This document shows positions 27,976-36,225 of a stretch of DNA of 36,225 nt, piece by piece. A model generated the notes under the pieces. It did no database searches and was not told the DNA's origin. It saw only the letters and a list, made by a program, of their open reading frames with translations. The position numbers were made by a program, and so were the translations under genes. Origin of the DNA: a virus (taxonomy: Duplodnaviria; Heunggongvirae; Uroviricota; Caudoviricetes). The number at the start of each line of letters is the position of its first letter. Within the stretch, counting starts at the first letter, position 1. Location of the stretch: the IMG/VR virus record IMGVR_UViG_2526164670_000014; one strand, written 5' to 3'.

Positions 27976-28278
27976 ATGAGCGATAAGCAGACTGAAAAGA
28001 CCATTCAACTGGATACCCCCATCATGCGTGGTAAAACTGAAATCACCGAAATTGTGCTGCGTAAACCGCAGTCCGGTGCGCTGCGCGGTACACGCCTGCA
28101 GGCCATTATGGATATGGATGTGAACGCGATGATGACCGTGATCCCCCGCATCTCCAGCCCGGCGCTGACTGCACAGGAAATTGCAGAGATGGACCCGGCA
28201 GATCTCACTGCCATGTCGGTTGAGGTTGTCACTTTTTTGTTGAAGAAGTCGGTGCTTGCCGGTTTACCGACAGCCTGA
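27976..28278 (+). CDS. E: Tail assembly chaperone E
   Basis: 100-aa ORF between tube and tape-measure genes; contains slippery heptamer T_TTT_TTG at 28233-28239 in the zero frame. Confidence 0.8.
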   Translation: MSDKQTEKTIQLDTPIMRGKTEITEIVLRKPQSGALRGTRLQAIMDMDVNAMMTVIPRISSPALTAQEIAEMDPADLTAMSVEVVTFLLKKSVLAGLPTA

Positions 28279-28412
28279 CGGTTGACGATCTGGTGGCAGA
28301 TATCGCCACCATTTTTCACTGGCCGCCATCCGTTACTGACGTTATGCCGCTGACCGAAGTGCTGGAATGGCGGTATAAAGCGATTCAGAGAAGCGGGGCC
28401 AACGATGAGTGA
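27976..28412 (+). CDS. Tail assembly chaperone E+E' (programmed -1 frameshift product)
   Basis: After a -1 shift at TTTTTTG the reading frame stays open for 58 codons to the TGA at 28410-28412, overlapping the start of T; classic P2 E/E' arrangement. Confidence 0.7.
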
Positions 28413-31400
28413 TAATAACCTGCGCCTGCAGGTCATTCTTAATGCGGTTGACAAACTCACCCGCCCATTCCGTGCTGCACAGGCCAGTTCGAAAGAGCTG
28501 GCTGGCGCAATCAGAAACTCCCGTGACGCATTAAAGCAACTCAATCAGGCGGGTAACAGCCTGGAAAAATTTCGCAAGCTGCAGGCCGATAACAAAAAGT
28601 TAGGCGACAGGCTGAACTATGCCAGACAGAAGGCAAATTTGCTTAGTTCTGAGCTGGAAGCGATGGAACAACCATCACAAAGGCATCTTGTGGCTTTAGG
28701 TCGGCAAACGCTGGCAGTCCAACGCCTGGAAGAACAACAAAAATATTTGCAGAAGCAAACGGCGCTTGTGCGTGCAGAACTGTACCGGGCGGGAATTTCT
28801 GCGAAAGATGATGCGGGAGCAACTGCCCGTTTAGCCCGTGAAACATCACGTTATAACCAGGAACTTTCGAAACAAGAGGCGCGGCTGAAGCGACTGGGGG
28901 AAGCTCAGCGCAGGATGAATGCGGCGCGTGCCAGTTATGCCCGTTCGCTGGAGGTGCGTGATCGTATTGCAGGTGCCGGAGCCACCACCACGGCTGCAGG
29001 GCTGGCAATGGGCGCACCAGTGATGGCGGCAGTAAAAAGCTATACCAGCATGGAAGATGCCATGAAAGGTGTGGCAAAGCAGGTCAATGGTCTGCGTGAC
29101 GATAATGGCAACCGCACCGCGCGTTTTTACGAAATGCAGGATGCCATCAAGGGTGCCAGCGAACAGTTGCCGATGGAAAACGGTGCTGTGGACTTTGCCG
29201 CACTGGTTGAAGGTGGTGCGCGCATGAACGTCGCAAATCCTGACGACAGCTGGGAAGACCAGAAACGTGATCTGCTGGCCTTCGCCAGCACGGCAGCAAA
29301 GGCGGCAACAGCCTTTGAGCTGCCAGCGGATGAACTGTCAGAAAGTCTGGGGAAAATCGCCCAGCTCTACAAAATCCCTACCCGCAATATTGAACAGCTC
29401 GGTGATGCGCTGAACTATCTGGATGATAACGCCATGTCGAAAGGGGCAGACATCATTGATGTCATGCAACGCCTGGGCGGTGTGGCTGATCGTCTGGATT
29501 ATCGTAAAGCGGCGGCACTGGGTTCCACCTTTCTGACACTGGGCGCTGCGCCGGAGGTTGCAGCCAGTGCAGCAAACGCGATGGTGCGTGAATTGTCCAT
29601 TGCCACCATGCAAAGCAAGAGTTTCTTTGAAGGGATGAATCTGCTGAAACTCAATCCTGAAGTGATTGAAAAGCAGATGACGAAGGATGCGATGGGAACT
29701 ATCCAGCGTGTGCTGGAGAAGGTGAACGCACTGCCGCAGGACAAGCGTCTGTCTGCCATGACCATGTTGTTTGGTAAAGAGTTTGGTGATGACGCGGCGA
29801 AACTGGCAAACAACCTTCCGGAACTGCAGCGCCAGCTAAAACTGACAGCGGGCAATGATGCGCTCGGTTCCATGCAGAAAGAATCCGACATCAACAAAGA
29901 CTCACTTTCTGCTCAGTGGTTGCTGGTCAAAACCGGAGCGCAGAACACCTTCAGCAGCCTGGGCGAAACGCTGCGCCAGCCGCTGATGGATATTCTGTAC
30001 ACGGTGAAAAGCATCACGGGGGCGTTGCGCCGCTGGGTGGAAGCTAACCCGGAACTGACAGGCACACTGATGAAAGTAGCGGCTGTTGTGGCTGCGGTTA
30101 CCGTAGGCCTCGGCACCTTAGCGGTGGCGCTGGCTGCAGTGCTGGGGCCGCTGGCAGTCATCCGTCTGGGATTCTCTGTGCTGGGTATCAAAACGTTACC
30201 TTCCGTTACGGCAGCAGTAACACGAACCAGCAGCGCGTTGTCCTGGTTAGCTGGCGCTCCACTGGCACTGCTGCGACGCGGGCTTGCTTCATCGGGCAAC
30301 GCAGCGGGTTTACTTACTGCGCCGTTGTCGTCTTTGCGCCGCACGGCATCACTGACGGGGAATGTCCTGAAAACTGTAGCAGGTGTGCCGGTTGCACTGT
30401 TGCGGTCTGGATTATCCGGTTTACGTGCTGTTGCTGTGATGTTTATGAATCCACTGGCAGCACTACGCGGTGGACTGGCTGCCGCAGGCGCGGTGCTGCG
30501 AGTACTGGCATCCGGTCCGCTGGCGATGCTGCGCGTTGCTCTGTATGCCATATCTGGTCTGTTAGGTGCTCTGCTCAGTCCGATAGGTCTTGTGGTTACT
30601 GCACTGGCGGGCGTGGCGCTGGTTGTCTGGAAATACTGGCAACCCATCACCGCATTTCTCGCTGGTGTGGTGGAAGGATTCAAAGCGGCGGCAGGTCCCA
30701 TCAGTGCAGCATTCGAACCACTTAAGCCTGTGTTTCAGTGGATTGGCGACAAAGTGCAGGCGTTGTGGGGCTGGTTTACTGATCTGCTGACGCCCGTTAA
30801 GTCGACCTCTGCCGAACTGCAGAGCGCAGCGGCAATGGGGCGACGATTCGGGGAGGCACTGGCGGAAGGGCTGAATATGGTCATGCATCCGCTGGACTCC
30901 CTGAAATCCGGCGTTTCCTGGTTGCTGGAGAAACTCGGCATTGTCAGTAAAGAGGCTGCAAAGGCGAAACTGCCGGAAAGCGTGACGCGTCAGCAACCTG
31001 CGACGGTGAATGCAGACGGTAAAGTGATGATGCCATCGGGTGGTTTTCCATCATGGGGATATGGCTTTGCGGGGATGTATGACAGCGGCGGCTATATCCC
31101 GCGCGGGCAGTTTGGCATCGTCGGTGAAAACGGGCCGGAAATTGTTAACGGCCCGGCAAATGTGACCAGCCGGAGAAATACAGCTGCACTGGCTGCCGTT
31201 GTTGCCGGAATGATGGGCGTTGCTGCCGCGCCTGCAGAGCTTCCACCGTTGCATCCTTTGGCACTTCCCGCGAAAGGCGGCGAAGCGATGGTGAGTCGTG
31301 CAGCCACTGTGCCGCCCGTTCACCGGATTGAGGCACCGACGCAGATCATCATTCAGACGCAGCCAGGACAAAGTGCGCAGGATATTGCGCGGGAGGTGGC

Positions 31401-31482
31401 ACGCCAGCTTGATGAACGTGAACGCAGGCTGAAGACAAAAGCCAGGAGTAACTACAGCGATCAGGGGGGATACGACGCATGA
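28405..31482 (+). CDS. T: Tail tape measure protein (P2 gpT family)
   Basis: 1025 aa, coiled-coil-rich N-terminal half, Ala/Gly/Leu-rich hydrophobic repeats in the middle; position after E/E'. Confidence 0.85.
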   Translation: MSDNNLRLQVILNAVDKLTRPFRAAQASSKELAGAIRNSRDALKQLNQAGNSLEKFRKLQADNKKLGDRLNYARQKANLLSSELEAMEQPSQRHLVALGRQTLAVQRLEEQQKYLQKQTALVRAELYRAGISAKDDAGATARLARETSRYNQELSKQEARLKRLGEAQRRMNAARASYARSLEVRDRIAGAGATTTAAGLAMGAPVMAAVKSYTSMEDAMKGVAKQVNGLRDDNGNRTARFYEMQDAIKGASEQLPMENGAVDFAALVEGGARMNVANPDDSWEDQKRDLLAFASTAAKAATAFELPADELSESLGKIAQLYKIPTRNIEQLGDALNYLDDNAMSKGADIIDVMQRLGGVADRLDYRKAAALGSTFLTLGAAPEVAASAANAMVRELSIATMQSKSFFEGMNLLKLNPEVIEKQMTKDAMGTIQRVLEKVNALPQDKRLSAMTMLFGKEFGDDAAKLANNLPELQRQLKLTAGNDALGSMQKESDINKDSLSAQWLLVKTGAQNTFSSLGETLRQPLMDILYTVKSITGALRRWVEANPELTGTLMKVAAVVAAVTVGLGTLAVALAAVLGPLAVIRLGFSVLGIKTLPSVTAAVTRTSSALSWLAGAPLALLRRGLASSGNAAGLLTAPLSSLRRTASLTGNVLKTVAGVPVALLRSGLSGLRAVAVMFMNPLAALRGGLAAAGAVLRVLASGPLAMLRVALYAISGLLGALLSPIGLVVTALAGVALVVWKYWQPITAFLAGVVEGFKAAAGPISAAFEPLKPVFQWIGDKVQALWGWFTDLLTPVKSTSAELQSAAAMGRRFGEALAEGLNMVMHPLDSLKSGVSWLLEKLGIVSKEAAKAKLPESVTRQQPATVNADGKVMMPSGGFPSWGYGFAGMYDSGGYIPRGQFGIVGENGPEIVNGPANVTSRRNTAALAAVVAGMMGVAAAPAELPPLHPLALPAKGGEAMVSRAATVPPVHRIEAPTQIIIQTQPGQSAQDIAREVARQLDERERRLKTKARSNYSDQGGYDA

Positions 31483-31964
31483 TGATGGTGCTGGGATTGT
31501 ACGTGTTTATGCTGCGCACCGTTCCGTATCAGGAACTGCAGTATCAACGCAGCTGGCGACATGCGGCAAACAGCCGGGTAAACCGTCGTCCGTCCACGCA
31601 GTTTCTGGGACCGGACAACGACATGCTGACGCTTTCTGGTGTTCTTATGCCGGAGATAACGGGCGGCAGGCTGTCGTTGCTGGCTCTGGAGCAGATGGCA
31701 GAACAGGGAAAAGCATGGCCCCTGATTGAAGGCAGCGGCACGATTTACGGCATGTATGTGATTGAGGGACTGAATCAGACTAAAACGGAGTTTTTCCGCG
31801 ACGGTATGCCGCGCCGGATTGAGTTCACCCTGTCGCTCAAACGGGTGGATGAATCCCTGTCCGATATGTTCGGTGATCTCAGTGCGCAACTGAATAATCT
31901 GCAGGACACGGCAACGTCTGCCTTAAGCGATATCAGTAAAACGGTGGGAGGGCTGCTGCCGTGA
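31479..31964 (+). CDS. U: Tail protein U (P2 gpU family)
   Basis: 161 aa overlapping the T stop; synteny. Confidence 0.8.
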   Translation: MMMVLGLYVFMLRTVPYQELQYQRSWRHAANSRVNRRPSTQFLGPDNDMLTLSGVLMPEITGGRLSLLALEQMAEQGKAWPLIEGSGTIYGMYVIEGLNQTKTEFFRDGMPRRIEFTLSLKRVDESLSDMFGDLSAQLNNLQDTATSALSDISKTVGGLLP

Positions 31965-33061
31965 ATTTCAGCTCTGAAGTGCTTAACAAAGGCAACAAAA
32001 CTCCCGCATTCAGCATCAGTATTGAGGGCAGGGATATCACCACTGTGCTGGATAACCGCCTGATGAGTTTGACGCTGACGGACAATCGGGGCTTTGAAGC
32101 GGACCAGCTTGATCTGGAGCTGGACGACGCCGACGGAAAAATCGTGCTGCCGCGCCGTGGTGCGGTCATTACGCTGGCGCTGGGCTGGAAGGGGCTGCCG
32201 CTTTTCCCGAAAGGGGCATTCACGGTGGACGAGATTGAACACACTGGCGCACCGGACCGCCTGACTATCCGGGCGCGAAGTGCTGATTTTCGTGAAACGC
32301 TGAATACCCGCCGTGAAAAATCGTGGCATAACACCACCATCGGGGAAGTGGTGAAGGAAATAGCCGCGCGGCACAAGCTGAAGATGGCACTGGGTAAAGA
32401 CCTGTCGGATAAGCCCGTGGAGCATATAGACCAGACTAATGAGAGTGACGGCAGTTTTCTGATGCGGCTGGCGCGACAGTACGGTGCTATTGCGTCGGTG
32501 AAAAATGGCAATCTGTTATTCATCCGGCAGGGACAGGGTAAAAGCGCCAGCGGTAAACCACTACCGGTGATCACTATCACACGTAAGGACGGCGACAGTC
32601 ACCGCTTTACCCTGGCGGATCGCGGAGCTTACACGGGTGTAATTGCCAGCTGGTTGCATACCCGCGAACCCGCGAAGAAAGAAAGCACCACGGTGAAGCG
32701 TAAGCGCAGGACTAAGAAGCAGAAGAAAGAGCCGGAAGCGAAGCAGGGCGATTACCTGGTGGGGACGGATGAAAACGTGCTGGTACTTAATCGCACCTAT
32801 GCTAATCGGAGTAACGCCGAACGGGCAGCGAAAATGCAGTGGGAACGCCTGCAACGCGGTGTTGCGTCATTCTCGCTACAACTAGCGGAAGGTCGGGCGG
32901 ATCTCTACACGGAAATGCCTGTGAAGGTCAGCGGCTTTAAACAGCCGATAGATGATGCGGAATGGACCATTACCACCCTGACACATACCGTCAGCCCGGA
33001 TAACGGTTTTACGACCAGTCTGGAGCTTGAAGTGAGGATTGATGATTTCGAAATGGAATGA
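31961..33061 (+). CDS. D: Tail protein D (P2 gpD family)
   Basis: 366 aa overlapping the U stop; last tail gene before ogr. Confidence 0.8.
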   Translation: MNFSSEVLNKGNKTPAFSISIEGRDITTVLDNRLMSLTLTDNRGFEADQLDLELDDADGKIVLPRRGAVITLALGWKGLPLFPKGAFTVDEIEHTGAPDRLTIRARSADFRETLNTRREKSWHNTTIGEVVKEIAARHKLKMALGKDLSDKPVEHIDQTNESDGSFLMRLARQYGAIASVKNGNLLFIRQGQGKSASGKPLPVITITRKDGDSHRFTLADRGAYTGVIASWLHTREPAKKESTTVKRKRRTKKQKKEPEAKQGDYLVGTDENVLVLNRTYANRSNAERAAKMQWERLQRGVASFSLQLAEGRADLYTEMPVKVSGFKQPIDDAEWTITTLTHTVSPDNGFTTSLELEVRIDDFEME

Positions 33062-33151
33062 TTCTTCGCAATGGAGAACTTTTAAGTTTGCAAAATGGAA
33101 TAATACGGTATCATTGTTGTGAATTTAGCAAAAATGGGGAGAACTCGAAAA

Positions 33152-33370
33152 ATGATGATTTGCCCACTGTGTGGAAGTGCCGCCCATACTCGCAGCAGTT
33201 TTCAGGTATCTTCATTGACCAAAGAGCGTTATAACCAGTGCCAGAACATTAACTGCAGCCATACTTTTGTTACCCATGAAACTTTTGTTCGTTCGATTGC
33301 AACACCAAAAGAGTCGAATCCAGTTCAGCCGCATCCAATGAAATCAGGACAGGTGGCGCTCTCTCTTTGA
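33152..33370 (+). CDS. ogr: Ogr/Delta-family zinc-finger late-gene transcription activator
   Basis: 72 aa from the ATG at 33152; CPLCGSAAH...CQNINCSHTF (C2-C2 zinc finger) as in P2 Ogr; stop abuts attR. Confidence 0.85.
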   Translation: MMICPLCGSAAHTRSSFQVSSLTKERYNQCQNINCSHTFVTHETFVRSIATPKESNPVQPHPMKSGQVALSL

Positions 33371-33392
33371 CGCTGCCGCCATTTTGTCGCCA
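33371..33392. repeat. attR core (cgctgccgccaTtttgtcgcca)
   Basis: Direct repeat of 19-40 immediately after the ogr stop. Confidence 0.7.
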
Positions 33393-33450
33393 TCGTTAAA
33401 AAACAGTGCTTCTAACATCATGATTTTAAACATCTTAAATTTCAGGCAAC

Positions 33451-33493
33451 AAAAAACCCATCAACCTTGAACCGAAATGGCGGGGTTGATGGG
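33451..33493 (-). terminator. Rho-independent terminator of ybjL (minus strand)
   Basis: Hairpin cccatcaacc/ggttgatggg (33457-33466 and 33484-33493) followed on the minus strand by a T6 tract (A-run 33451-33456 on plus). Confidence 0.55.
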
Positions 33494-33605
33494 CTCCACA
33501 AAATGGGGACATCAAAGAAAAGCAGTGGCACTAATTAAGACTGATGCCCTGCGGAAAAGTTCTGCGGTTGTGCAAAAAAATTTCATTTTCAGGGCAACTT
33601 CAGTT

Positions 33606-35291
33606 TTATCCTAATCCTGGCCATACCATGACGATGATTGTCCCTGCCAGCGTCAGCAGGACGTTGGCGATTGCGTAGGTGCCCGCATAGCCCAGCGCAG
33701 GGATGTTACTGCGAGCTGTATCACTGATGATCTCCATTGCCGGCGCGCAGGTGCGTGCGCCCATCATTGCGCCGAACAACAGTGCGCGGTTCATTCGCAA
33801 TACATAAGCACCGAACAAGAAACAGATAACCACGGGCACAAGACTGACAATTAATCCGGCAATCAACATCTGACCGCCAATCGCGCCCAGGCCGTTATTA
33901 ATACCGCTACCGGCGCTCAGACCAACGCCTGCCATAAACACCATCAAGCCGAACTCTTTCACCATGCTTAATGCACCTTGCGGAATGTAACCGAAGGTCG
34001 GGTGGTTAGCACGCATAAAGCCCAGCATAATTCCGGCGAATAACAACCCGGCAGCGTTCCCCATGCCGAAACTGAATGTGCTGAACTGGAAGGTGATCAT
34101 CCCGATCATCAGCCCAATAACAAAGAAGGCGCAAAATGCCAGCAGGTCAGTGACCTGGCTGTGAATCGAGATAAAGCCGATGCGATCGGCGATGGTTTTT
34201 ACGCGACGGGCATCACCGCTGACTTGTAAAACGTCACCTTTGTTAAGCACGACGTTGTCATCTATCGGCATCTCAATCTGGCTACGAATGACGCGGTTAA
34301 GGAAGCAACCGTGATCGGTCAACTTCAGTTGTGCGAGACGTTTACCTACAGCGTTATGGTTTTTAACGACCACTTCTTCAGTGACGATACGCATGTCGAG
34401 AAGGTCACGATCGAAAACTTCTTTACCGTTACGGAAGCTGGGATCGAGTCGGGCATGGGCGTCGGGATAGCCTACCAACGCTATTTCATCGCCCATTTGT
34501 AGCACGGCATCACCGTCTGGATTTGCCAGAATCCCGTTACGTCGAATACGTTCAATGTAGCAGCCGGTTTGTCGATAAATACCCAGTTCACGCAGATTTT
34601 TGCCGTCGGTCCAGGCCACCAGCTCCGGGCCGACGCGATAGGCGCGGATCACCGGTAAATAAACCTTACGGTTGGCATCAGTGTCCAGGCCACGTTCGCG
34701 GGCGATTTGCTGGGCGCTGGTCTGTAAGTCCTGATGCTGCAATTTCGGCAAGTAACGCGCACCAACAATCAAACTCACCAGACCGATTAAATAGGTTAAG
34801 GCATACCCGAGGCTCAGATTATCCAGTGCCAGTGAGAGCTGCCTGCTTTCCATGCCGGAATGACGCAGTGTATCGCCAGCACCGACCAGAACCGGTGTCG
34901 ACGTCATAGAGCCTGCTAACATACCGGCCGTCAGGCCAATATCCCAGCCAAACAGCTTACCTAACCCTAAGGCGATCACCAGCGCACTGCCAACCATCAC
35001 CAGTGCTAACATTAGGTAATTTTTCCCATCGCGAAAAAAAATGGAAAAAAAGTTCGGTCCGGCTTCGACCCCGACGCAGAAAATAAACAGCATAAAGCCA
35101 AGATTAAGCGCATCGGTGTTAATGCTGAAATGTTGTTGGCCTAATAACAGCGATACGACTAAAACGCCAATGGAATTACCCAGTTGGATCGAACCAAGTC
35201 GTAACTTTCCGAGACATAGCCCAAGCGCGAGGACCACAAATAATAACAGAATGTAATTCCCATTTAACAATTCGGCGACGTTTATATTCAC
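33606..35291 (-). CDS. ybjL: Putative transport protein YbjL (two TrkA-C domains, AAE-family transporter)
   Basis: 561-aa polytopic membrane protein recognised as E. coli YbjL by sequence and by the ybjL-ybjM-grxA neighbourhood. Confidence 0.85.
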
Positions 35292-35560
35292 GGAGGCTAA
35301 CTTCTTGTTTACTAGTAAGCTGTTGAAAGAAATGGTAATTTACGATAATGTTTTTTACCAGAATTCAGGGCGCAGATTCATTCAGCGCACCTAAACGATA
35401 GTAAAGTAACAATATATTTTACTAGTGTAATCACATTAGGTATCAACGGCTATATGAATTGCGTTGGCCTATATTAGCATGGAATGCGAAGCGGCTTTAT
35501 CTTACTGAACGCCACACTGGCGAAAAATGTGTTCGATAGACGCAGTGTCAGGAGGAACGA

Positions 35561-35938
35561 GTGAAACATAAACAACGTTGGGCGGGGGCAATCTGCTGTT
35601 TTGTCCTCTTCATTGTGGTGTGCCTTTTTCTGGCGACGCACATGAAAGGCGCTTTTCGGGCTGCCGGGCATCCTGAAATCGGCTTGCTATTTTTCATTCT
35701 TCCTGGAGCAGTCGCCAGCTTCTTTTCACAGCGTAGAGAAGTCCTGAAACCTCTGTTTGGCGCAATGCTGGCGGCACCCTGTTCGATGCTCATTATGCGG
35801 CTGTTTTTTTCACCGACGCGCTCATTCTGGCAAGAGCTGGCATGGTTACTAAGCGCGGTGTTCTGGTGTGCGCTGGGGGCACTGTGTTTCTTATTTATCA
35901 GTAGTTTGTTTAAACCACAGCACAGAAAAAATCAGTAA
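35561..35938 (+). CDS. ybjM: Inner membrane protein YbjM
   Basis: 125-aa hydrophobic protein between ybjL and grxA as in E. coli. Confidence 0.75.
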   Translation: MKHKQRWAGAICCFVLFIVVCLFLATHMKGAFRAAGHPEIGLLFFILPGAVASFFSQRREVLKPLFGAMLAAPCSMLIMRLFFSPTRSFWQELAWLLSAVFWCALGALCFLFISSLFKPQHRKNQ

Positions 35939-35939
35939 A

Positions 35940-35956
35940 GCCCTCAACGCGAGGGC
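35940..35956. terminator. Bidirectional hairpin between convergent ybjM and grxA
   Basis: gccctc-aacgc-gagggc stem-loop immediately after the ybjM stop and before the grxA stop. Confidence 0.45.
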
Positions 35957-35967
35957 TTGTCAGACGA

Positions 35968-36225
35968 TCAGGCGTCCAGATTTTCTTTCACCCATGCAGC
36001 AAAATCGGTATAGCCGCCGATATGTTGCTGATCGACAAAAATCTGCGGCACGGTTTCTACGGGTTTACCTGCCTTTTGTTGTAGATCTTCTTTAGTGATC
36101 CCTTCCGCACGAATATCTACATACTGATACTGAAAATCATCGCGTTCATTGCTCAATTTCTCAGCCAGATCTTTTGCACGCACACAGTAAGGGCAACCCG
36201 AACGACCAAAAATAACGGTTTGCAT
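35968..36225 (-). CDS. grxA: Glutaredoxin 1
   Basis: 85 aa, MQTVIFGRSGCPYCVRAKDLAEKL with CPYC active site; matches E. coli GrxA as recalled; start codon is the last triplet of the window. Confidence 0.9.
   Translation of the reverse strand: MQTVIFGRSGCPYCVRAKDLAEKLSNERDDFQYQYVDIRAEGITKEDLQQKAGKPVETVPQIFVDQQHIGGYTDFAAWVKENLDA

Larger units (their letters stand above)
19..33392. mobile_element. P2/186-family temperate myovirus prophage, apparently complete
   Basis: Bounded by a 22-bp direct repeat (1 mismatch) at 19-40 and 33371-33392; gene order int, cI, apl, cII, A, Q, P, O, N, M, L, lysis, tail genes, D, ogr matches P2/186 synteny; host ybjL-ybjM-grxA follow on the right. Confidence 0.85.

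Noticed and set aside
29913-30701. 262-aa Ala/Ser/Pro/Thr-rich ORF antisense inside the tape-measure gene, plus neighbouring antisense ORFs 29499-29897 and 30562-30996
   Set aside because: Low-complexity translation of the reverse strand of a GC-rich repetitive coding region; the forward-strand tape-measure protein explains the sequence.
31775-32580. Two about 215-aa ORFs antisense inside tail genes U and D
   Set aside because: Overlap conserved forward-strand genes in full; no start signals; considered artefacts.
33393-33605. Searched the host side of attR for a tRNA or tmRNA integration target
   Set aside because: No cloverleaf-like acceptor/T-arm pattern recognised; the region is explained by the ybjL terminator hairpin. 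Should be confirmed with tRNAscan/ARAGORN.
1-36225. CRISPR arrays, integrons, IS elements or transposase genes
   Set aside because: No regularly spaced direct repeats and no transposase-like ORF seen; the only mobile element supported is the prophage itself.

Overview
Almost the whole window is one P2/186-family temperate myovirus prophage of about 33.4 kb, bounded by a 22-bp direct repeat (attL 19-40, attR 33371-33392) and followed by the Escherichia-type host genes ybjL, ybjM and grxA. Left to right it carries an integrase, a 186-type CI/Apl/CII/Fil switch, a TraR-like zinc finger, a Dam methylase, replication protein A, a LexA-boxed tum/DinI-like module, then capsid, packaging, lysis, tail and baseplate genes, an invertase-controlled tail-fibre segment and ogr. 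The best candidate for an undescribed system is a sharply AT-rich accessory island (about 7800-11294) between the tum/dinI module and portal gene Q, apparently straddling a cos-like site. It holds an unrecognised 352-aa gene divergent from a DUF262/DUF1524 (GmrSD-like) nuclease gene. All calls rest on reading the supplied ORF translations and the DNA by eye; no database search or computation was run, and family assignments are recalled motifs and gene order, not alignments.
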